NCBI GenBank assembly: GCA_964459335.1
Contig: CAYWJX010000002.1
Location: forward strand, 637-64,636
Length of the DNA: 64,000 bases
Direction of reading: 5' to 3'
Source of the DNA: an uncultured Candidatus Saccharibacteria bacterium
GTDB lineage: Bacteria > Patescibacteriota > Minisyncoccia > Phycocordibacterales > SBAW01
Below the pieces are notes generated by a model. It was not told where the DNA came from, ran no database searches, and saw only the letters and a list, made by a program, of their open reading frames with translations. The position numbers were made by a program, and so were the translations under genes. Of this stretch, positions 7,708 to 13,990 are shown piece after piece. Each line of letters opens with the position of its first letter. Position 1 is the stretch's first letter.

Positions 7708-8877
7708 ATGAATAAAGAACAAAAGATTAAATGCCCAAACTGCGGTGAATCAATTTCCATTGATGATGTTTTATCTCACCAAATTGAAGCAAAATACAAA
7801 AAAGAATTCACTGAAAAAGAAGAGCAACTGAAGAAAAATCTCGAAAGTGAAGTGAAGAAAAAAATTACTGAGCAATCAGAGGAATACAAAAAGCAAATAA
7901 AGAATCAAGTTGAAAAAGAAGCGGAAACAGAGAAAAAGTTTTTGAACGAACAGCTTGCAGAAAAAGATCGCAAATTAAAAGAAGCTCAGCAAAACGAAAT
8001 AGAAATTAGAAAAGAGAAGCAAAAACTCAAAGATGAAAAAGATGCATTCGAGCTTGAAAAAACTAGACAACTGGATGAGGAAAGAAAGAAAATTGAAGAA
8101 GAAGCCTCAAAAAAAGCAACTGAAGCAAAACAATCAGAAATTGACCAGCTCAATAAAAAACTTTCAGACGCAACAAAAGCAAAAGATGAACTAGCGAGAA
8201 AACTTGAGCAAGGTTCACAGCAGACACAGGGAGAAGTACAGGAAATAATTCTTGAAGATCTTTTGAAATCAGAGTTTATTCACGATGATATTTCACCCGT
8301 GCCCAAAGGTGTAAACGGAGCTGATGTTATTCAGACAGTAAAAACCAAAGCTGGTATCGAATGTGGAAAGATAATTTGGGAATCAAAGAAAACAAAAGCA
8401 TGGTCAGATGGATGGATTAAGAAATTAAAAGATGATCAGAGATTAGTGAAAGCTGAAATAGCCGTAATTGTTTCTTCTGTGTTGCCAGATGACGTAAAAG
8501 GAATAGCCTTGCGTGATGGCGTATGGGTGTGTGATATAAAATTTGCTACCTCTATTGCAACAGCTTTAAGGAATTCTCTTGAAGCTGTTTCAAGAGAAAA
8601 ATCAATGTCAGTTGGGAAGAATGAAAAAATGGAAATTTTATATTCTTATCTCACAGGAACGGAATTCAGGCAAAGAATGGAAGCTATAGTTGAAACTTTT
8701 TATTCTATGAACACATCACGTAATAAAGAAAAACTTTATTTTGAAAAAAAGTGGGCAGAAGAAGAAAAGCAAATTCAAAAAGTTATAAAAAATACAGTCG
8801 GAATCTATGGTGATCTAAGTGGTATCGTTCATTTGCAGAAAATAGATTTATTAGAACTACCCGAGGGAACAAATTAG
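7708..8877 (+). CDS. DUF2130-family protein (N-terminal Zn-ribbon, long Lys/Glu coiled coil, C-terminal nuclease-like domain; RmuC-like architecture)
   Basis: 389 aa: CPNCGESISIDD, ~170 aa of KE-rich heptads, then GADVIQTVKTKAGIECGKIIWESKKTKAWSDGWIKKLKDDQ...AEIAVIVSSVLP, typical of DUF2130 as I recall it. Confidence 0.6.
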   Translation: MNKEQKIKCPNCGESISIDDVLSHQIEAKYKKEFTEKEEQLKKNLESEVKKKITEQSEEYKKQIKNQVEKEAETEKKFLNEQLAEKDRKLKEAQQNEIEIRKEKQKLKDEKDAFELEKTRQLDEERKKIEEEASKKATEAKQSEIDQLNKKLSDATKAKDELARKLEQGSQQTQGEVQEIILEDLLKSEFIHDDISPVPKGVNGADVIQTVKTKAGIECGKIIWESKKTKAWSDGWIKKLKDDQRLVKAEIAVIVSSVLPDDVKGIALRDGVWVCDIKFATSIATALRNSLEAVSREKSMSVGKNEKMEILYSYLTGTEFRQRMEAIVETFYSMNTSRNKEKLYFEKKWAEEEKQIQKVIKNTVGIYGDLSGIVHLQKIDLLELPEGTN

Positions 8878-8888
8878 GTTTAGGAAGT

Positions 8889-8926
8889 CCCGCTCGAAAT
8901 GATGATAGGTATGCGAGCGGGGTTTT
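8889..8926 (+). terminator. rho-independent terminator after the DUF2130 gene
   Basis: Stem CCCGCTCG (8889-8896) / CGAGCGGG (8914-8921) followed by GTTTT. Confidence 0.6.
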
Positions 8927-9091
8927 ACCTATATCAAATAATCCACTGCATTTTCCCCTTTATCTGACTTCGGTTTTGGTGTTTCGAACCATTCGGGATG
9001 AACTTTGAAGATAGCTCTTAATTCCTGTATACTTTTATCAATATCCTCAAATTTGAGCCACTTTCTGGGTTCAAAGTTGCGGACATCGTGC

Positions 9092-9268
9092 CCGCATTTT
9101 GAAAATACGCCTTTTAGGGCGTTATTTTCTTATGCGGAGAGGAGTGATGTACTTGAGTACATCACGTGGGGGATTCGAAAAGGCTCTCCCATATTTTTGA
9201 GAAGCTCTGCTTTGAAAAAATGGGAAGCCTGTACTGAAGCTGTAAGCTTCGAATCCCTCCCTCTCCGC
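9092..9268 (+). repeat. right copy of the perfect 177-bp direct repeat (attR-like)
   Basis: Identical to 4410-4586. It ends with the tRNA-Ser 3'-end 21-mer at 9248-9268. Confidence 0.9.
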
Positions 9269-9450
9269 ATCGAGTGTTTTTATCGGACTTGTTAGCCTTT
9301 AACAAGAGGCAGCTCAGCGGATTTTCATGTTTGTGATGTACTATTTCGGCGAGCGTGCAGAGGAGGTACTTATCTGTTTAAATGGGTAAGGGCTTGCGCG
9401 TAAGCCCTATAGGGAAACCAGCCAAAGCCTGAAGAAGGCTCCTCGGATGT

Positions 9451-12129
9451 ATGGCTGTCTTTCTCGATATATCAAAACGAAGGAAATTTTATTTTAGAGG
9501 CGTTGTTGTCGCATGTGTCTTATTTTTTCTGGTAGGCACGCTGTTTGTTGTATTTGGTCTTGCGCGCGCCGCTGCGGCGCGCGCACCCATCTCCTACGCG
9601 GATGCGGCGCAAATGTATCACTATTATTACAGCGCCGCGAACGCAAAAAAAGTTGCGCTCACCATAGACGACGGACCGCATCCGCCGGTCTCTCAGGTGC
9701 TCATAGACACGCTCTCGTACTATCGCGCTCCGGCGACATTTTTTTACATAGGAGACAAAGCACTCCTGCGGCCGGATCTCGTGCAAGAAGCACACGACAA
9801 GGGTTTCGAAATCGGGATACACTCTTTTGACCACGGCTACGGCGTCGACTCCTCACATGTGCGGCTCGCCTTTGAGCTCAATGCGACCAACTATCTGCTC
9901 TCGGGAGTTACCGACTCGACGATTCAATATTACCGGCCGCCGTATCTTTTGGGCATTGGTATCGATCCGACGATCAATCCTTATATCCCGACCTCGCAAG
10001 ACATGCTATGGTCGCTGGAACTCGGGTATCTGCCGGTGGGCTCCGACATTGATCCAAAAGACTGGCTCGCCAACTCGCCCGAGCAAGTGATGACAGGCTT
10101 GGAGCGGGCGCTTGCACAAAGCCCCAATGGGCACATCATCCTATTGCACGAGGACGTAAACACCGGCAAAGCGATGCCTCAAATCATCGCTTATCTGCGC
10201 GGTAATGGTTATACCATCGTGCCGCTCTCACAGCTGTTGACGCCTCCCGCCGACATTGTGCTCGCACATACACTTTCGTATGGCGACACCGACTCCACAA
10301 CCGGAGGCGATGTATCAAAACTCCAATGGTTTCTCTACCGACAAAAATATCTTGATCCATATGAGCTTACGGGAGTTTTTGACGACCAAACGCAAGGCGC
10401 TCTCAGCAACTTCCAGACCAGCAATCATCTTATTACTACAAGCGGCACCAGCACGGCAATCCTCGGCGTTGCTGATGCACCCACGCGCGCCCTCATACAC
10501 GCCATAGCGCTCGCGAGTGTGCCGCCAGGCACGGCTGCCGGTGCAACCTATACGCCGCAGAACACGCTCATTACCGGCATCGAAGGAGTTTTTTTAAGCG
10601 TGTATATTCGCTTCTTTCCTTATGTAGATGAGTTTTTTGTCGGACTGATATATGCCACGCTTTTGCTTGTCATTTCGCGCATGTTGGTGCTTATTGCTCT
10701 CTTGTGGTGGCGCGCGCGGCACGGGCCGCTGTATGGCGCAGCGGCCAAAGATACGCCCATGCCGCCTTGCGACACGCAAGGCGTCTCGGTGCTTATCCCC
10801 GCGTACAACGAGCAGGAAAATATCGCCTCCACAATCGAGAGTGTTATCCGCAGCACACACCGCGTGTGGGAGATAGTCGTTATCGATGACGGCTCGAAGG
10901 ATAATACTGCAAACGAGGTGCGTCGGGTGATCGAAGCATATCCAAGCAAGCCTATCGTGCTTATACAAAAATCAAATAGCGGCAAGGCGAGTTCTCTCAA
11001 CGTTGGCGTAAACGAAGCGAAGCACGATATTATTGCCATCCTCGACGCCGACGCAATATTGGACACGGAAGCGCTCGGGCATTTTGTTGCGCATTTTGTC
11101 GATGAGCGCGTCGCCGCCGTCGCAGGCAAGGTGTCCACCACGAGGAGTACCGGCCTCCTCGACCTTTTGCAGAGTCTTGAGTACGCGGTAGGACAAAACA
11201 TTGACAAAAAAGCGTTTGGCACAATTGGCGGAGTAGGTGTCGTGCCGGGTCCCGCGGGCGCCTGGCGGCGCTCTATGCTTTTGGCGGCGGGCGGTTTCCA
11301 CGCGGACACGCTTGTTGAGGATCAGGAGATGACGCTCTGTATGCTGCGCATGGGCAAGAGGGTTGTCTATGAGCCTTTGGCGATTGCATATACCGAAACG
11401 CCGCATACGTTAAAAAATTTTCTCGCACAGCGCTTCCGCTGGGTGTATGGCACTATGCAGTGTCTTTGGAAGCACAAGGGCGCATATACGGAAGATCCAA
11501 CAAGCATGCTCTGTGTTGTTGCGTTGCCGAACATTGTTGTGTATAACACGCTGTTGCCGCTGACCTATCCGTTTGCAGATTCGGCCCTTGTCTTCGGAAT
11601 TATATTTGGGCAATGGGCTACCCTCGTGCTGCCGTTTTTGGTATTTACTTTTTTTGACATGTGCTACGCGTTCATTGGCATTCGCGGCGAGCCGCGCAGG
11701 GGGCAGCTGATGCTCGCGGTTCCGCTCCAGCGGCTAATATACCGCTGGCTCCTTTACTACACCGTGATGCGCAGCCTCGTGTGTGCCATAGAGGGAAGCC
11801 CCGCGAGCTGGAATAAATTTAGTAAAATAGGGGAGACAAGACGCTTTTTCCTTTCTTTGCTTGTAGAATCCGGCCGCCAAGCCGTGCCGAGTCCTTACCA
11901 GCTGGTACCCGAGGAGGTAACCACCGCCTTCCATGGACCGTTCGGAACTGCGCTTGCATCGACAAATGCCCAAGAGGTTGTCGCGTTGTCAGTCATGCCG
12001 AGGCAGTCCCAGAGCGCGGGCGAGACATCAAGCCCGGCACGAGCGCCAAAAGTGTTGGAGGGATATGCCGCTTTGCCAAACACATACGCCACGTCGTCTT
12101 CGCCGTTAGGACCGACATCTTCCCATTGA
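9451..12129 (+). CDS. fusion protein: NodB/CE4 polysaccharide deacetylase + peptidoglycan-binding-like domain + processive family-2 glycosyltransferase (PgaB-PgaC / chitin-synthase-like)
   Basis: 892 aa. N-terminal TM. NodB motifs LTIDDGPHP, HSFDH, LLHED. PG_binding-like LQWFLYRQKYL...GVFDDQTQGALSNFQ. GT2 motifs VSVLIPAYNEQENI, VIDDGSKDNT, ILDADA, EDQEMT, QRFRWVYG, followed by C-terminal TM helices. The last ~78 codons are low-complexity and antisense to the next gene. Confidence 0.8.
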   Translation: MAVFLDISKRRKFYFRGVVVACVLFFLVGTLFVVFGLARAAAARAPISYADAAQMYHYYYSAANAKKVALTIDDGPHPPVSQVLIDTLSYYRAPATFFYIGDKALLRPDLVQEAHDKGFEIGIHSFDHGYGVDSSHVRLAFELNATNYLLSGVTDSTIQYYRPPYLLGIGIDPTINPYIPTSQDMLWSLELGYLPVGSDIDPKDWLANSPEQVMTGLERALAQSPNGHIILLHEDVNTGKAMPQIIAYLRGNGYTIVPLSQLLTPPADIVLAHTLSYGDTDSTTGGDVSKLQWFLYRQKYLDPYELTGVFDDQTQGALSNFQTSNHLITTSGTSTAILGVADAPTRALIHAIALASVPPGTAAGATYTPQNTLITGIEGVFLSVYIRFFPYVDEFFVGLIYATLLLVISRMLVLIALLWWRARHGPLYGAAAKDTPMPPCDTQGVSVLIPAYNEQENIASTIESVIRSTHRVWEIVVIDDGSKDNTANEVRRVIEAYPSKPIVLIQKSNSGKASSLNVGVNEAKHDIIAILDADAILDTEALGHFVAHFVDERVAAVAGKVSTTRSTGLLDLLQSLEYAVGQNIDKKAFGTIGGVGVVPGPAGAWRRSMLLAAGGFHADTLVEDQEMTLCMLRMGKRVVYEPLAIAYTETPHTLKNFLAQRFRWVYGTMQCLWKHKGAYTEDPTSMLCVVALPNIVVYNTLLPLTYPFADSALVFGIIFGQWATLVLPFLVFTFFDMCYAFIGIRGEPRRGQLMLAVPLQRLIYRWLLYYTVMRSLVCAIEGSPASWNKFSKIGETRRFFLSLLVESGRQAVPSPYQLVPEEVTTAFHGPFGTALASTNAQEVVALSVMPRQSQSAGETSSPARAPKVLEGYAALPNTYATSSSPLGPTSSH

Positions 12130-12638
12130 CCATAACAAATTGCGCCATCATGTTTTACTTCTATCCAATGATTTTTCAACAGTGGCGTGAGGCCGCTCTG
12201 ATACCACGGCACTTCTTGTGCCGATGCCTTGATTGCGTTGCCATCATCGGTAAATTCTCCATACGGCAGCGCAAAATAAAACGGATTTTCTTTTGGCGTA
12301 AATCCGCACGGATTGTAGCCGCAACGCTGAGAAGGATCGTCTACGCCGCCAAAATGTGTTTCCCAATTATCATCCCAGTAGCTCACGTCATTCGGTATGA
12401 AATCATTTGAGGCATCGGAGGGCTCTCCTACAAAAAAGTATGTAGTCATGGTTGATTTAAAAATCCTTTGCGGAGCAGTTGGGGTGGTAGAGGCGGTAGG
12501 AACAACCGAGGCCCTCGGCCGTAGCTCCGCCACGGGCGACGCCTGCGGTGCCACCACAAAACGCCCTCCCACAAAAAAAGCTCCTGCAGCAATGGCCGCC
12601 AGCAGCATAAGGATCGAAACAAGCTTGAGCGGCACCAT
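11895..12638 (-). CDS. secreted protein with RlpA/expansin-like (double-psi beta-barrel) appearance
   Basis: Start moved to ATG 12638 (MVPLKLVSILMLLAAIAAGAFF signal/anchor). Conserved-looking core: FYFALPYGEF, NHWIEVKHDGAICYGQWEDVGP, GARAGLDVSPALWDCLG. The family assignment is from memory only. Confidence 0.45.
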   Translation of the reverse strand: MVPLKLVSILMLLAAIAAGAFFVGGRFVVAPQASPVAELRPRASVVPTASTTPTAPQRIFKSTMTTYFFVGEPSDASNDFIPNDVSYWDDNWETHFGGVDDPSQRCGYNPCGFTPKENPFYFALPYGEFTDDGNAIKASAQEVPWYQSGLTPLLKNHWIEVKHDGAICYGQWEDVGPNGEDDVAYVFGKAAYPSNTFGARAGLDVSPALWDCLGMTDNATTSWAFVDASAVPNGPWKAVVTSSGTSW

Positions 12639-12651
12639 AGGCACATAGTAT

Positions 12652-13944
12652 ATGAAATTTAATTTTTGGAAATGGTTGGGGATATGGTTTGGCACGGCTT
12701 TTATCCTGTGTGCGGTAGGAGGCGCCATGCTTTTTGTAGGCGTACAAGCGCGTCAAGCAGACCTTGCCGCCGTCGATGACACCTATACCCCAAACAAAGA
12801 TCCTTTCGAGGGACCTTTGCAGGGCGGCACGAGCACCAGTACTAGTGCCACATTGATTGATGGCTATCTTTACCGCGACTCGCTGCCGCTTGGTTTTACC
12901 AATTGGTCTTGGGATGCCGAGGCTGTGTGGCAGTCGACGCGCCACATATATGAAGGCTTGTACGCGCTCCAGATAACCTTTGACAAGCCCGACTCCAACA
13001 TTGGGATGAACGGCCCGGCTGTTCCGATCGGCGGATATCACTCGCTCTCGATCGCAGTGTATCCCGACTCGTCGGTGGAAAACTTGTATCTTGAACTCTA
13101 TGATGCGCAAGGGAACTCGTTGGGGAGGCAGTCGCTTGCATGGTATGCACCGGACTCCGTTCTCAAACCAAACACCTGGCAAGTTATCACTCTGCCGCTT
13201 GCCAATCTTGTCGGCTCATCGAGCGCCGCGGTGATAAATGGTTTTGGTATTACGGGCGAAAATCCCGGCGTTGCCTATATCGACTCTGTACAGCTCAACA
13301 CTGCCGTAGTGGCGCACAGCGTGTGGACTCCGCCGCCTCCTCCCGTCGATACGCCATATGATCCGCTTGCCACCTCGACACCGGTTGCGCTGCCATACTC
13401 GCTTTCTCTCACGCAGGCGGCGCTCGCGCGCTGGTACACTTTTTACGGGACGTTCAAATTATTTAACGGGCTGCTTATTGCGGGTCCGGAGCCGGGCGGT
13501 AATACCGACGCAGTGAGTATCTTTCCCGGCGGGAAAGTATGGAGCGACTATGCGGAGCAAGCGAGCCTTAACTGGGGAGAAGTCAGCGTCTTTTCACTTA
13601 TCGTCCGCTTTGTTGACCAAAAAAATTATGATTCGTGCGCTTTCTCCCACGATGCCGACACGGTGCAGATATATCAGGTTGTCAACGGAGTATCGACACT
13701 TATCGGACAAACGCCCACGTTGGCGGTTGATTACGATACGCCGTGGGCAAACGTCGTTGTCGCGGCGCAGGTTGAGGAGGAACATCTCTCTTGCATAGTG
13801 GGCGGCCGGAACGTGCTTTCTGCCGACATTCCCAGCATGCGTCCCACGGGGACGGTGGGTGTAGAGTCATATGACCCAAATTCGTACGCCTCACCTCATA
13901 CTATTCACATGTTTAAAGTGGAAGAATTGACAGGAGGGGAATAG
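12652..13944 (+). CDS. membrane-anchored extracytoplasmic protein with CBM-like and LamG/DUF1080-like beta-sandwich regions (function unknown)
   Basis: 430 aa. N-terminal TM (WLGIWFGTAFILCAVGGAMLFVG), a PPPPP linker, then a beta-rich C-terminal half. The start is only 13 bp from the divergent start at 12638. Confidence 0.5.
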   Translation: MKFNFWKWLGIWFGTAFILCAVGGAMLFVGVQARQADLAAVDDTYTPNKDPFEGPLQGGTSTSTSATLIDGYLYRDSLPLGFTNWSWDAEAVWQSTRHIYEGLYALQITFDKPDSNIGMNGPAVPIGGYHSLSIAVYPDSSVENLYLELYDAQGNSLGRQSLAWYAPDSVLKPNTWQVITLPLANLVGSSSAAVINGFGITGENPGVAYIDSVQLNTAVVAHSVWTPPPPPVDTPYDPLATSTPVALPYSLSLTQAALARWYTFYGTFKLFNGLLIAGPEPGGNTDAVSIFPGGKVWSDYAEQASLNWGEVSVFSLIVRFVDQKNYDSCAFSHDADTVQIYQVVNGVSTLIGQTPTLAVDYDTPWANVVVAAQVEEEHLSCIVGGRNVLSADIPSMRPTGTVGVESYDPNSYASPHTIHMFKVEELTGGE

Positions 13945-13990
13945 AACCCCTATGATAGATACTATAATAATCACATAATCATATACTTTT

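Larger units (their letters stand above)
4410..9268. mobile_element. integrated genomic island at tRNA-Ser(GCU) (unique segment 4587-9091 plus flanking 177-bp direct repeats); no recombinase gene seen
   Basis: tRNA 3'-end target. Perfect direct repeats contain tRNA 3'-end copies. Clear compositional drop inside (AT-rich versus GC-rich flanks, judged by eye). 12-bp inverted repeats lie just inside both ends. Cargo is R-M, a repressor and a nuclease-like gene. Confidence 0.75.

Noticed and set aside
8930-9091. Possible integrase/recombinase remnant at the right end of the island (minus-strand open frame ...VRNFEPRKWLKFEDIDKSIQELRAIFKVHPEWFETPKPKSDKGENAVDYLI*)
   Set aside because: There is no start codon between the upstream in-frame TAA and this stretch. 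It is only ~57 codons long and has no R..HxxR..Y-type integrase motifs. It may be a gene fragment, but it cannot be called.
9389-9450. c-di-GMP (GEMM-I-like) riboswitch upstream of the PgaC-like synthase (hairpin AGGGCTT-GCGCGT-AAGCCCT, then GGGAAACC...CAAAGCC-TGAAGAA-GGCT)
   Set aside because: Only superficial resemblance (GGGNAAACC, CAAAGCC) to the GEMM consensus as I remember it. The region is too short and lacks the paired P1/P2 architecture. An Infernal/Rfam scan is needed before any claim.
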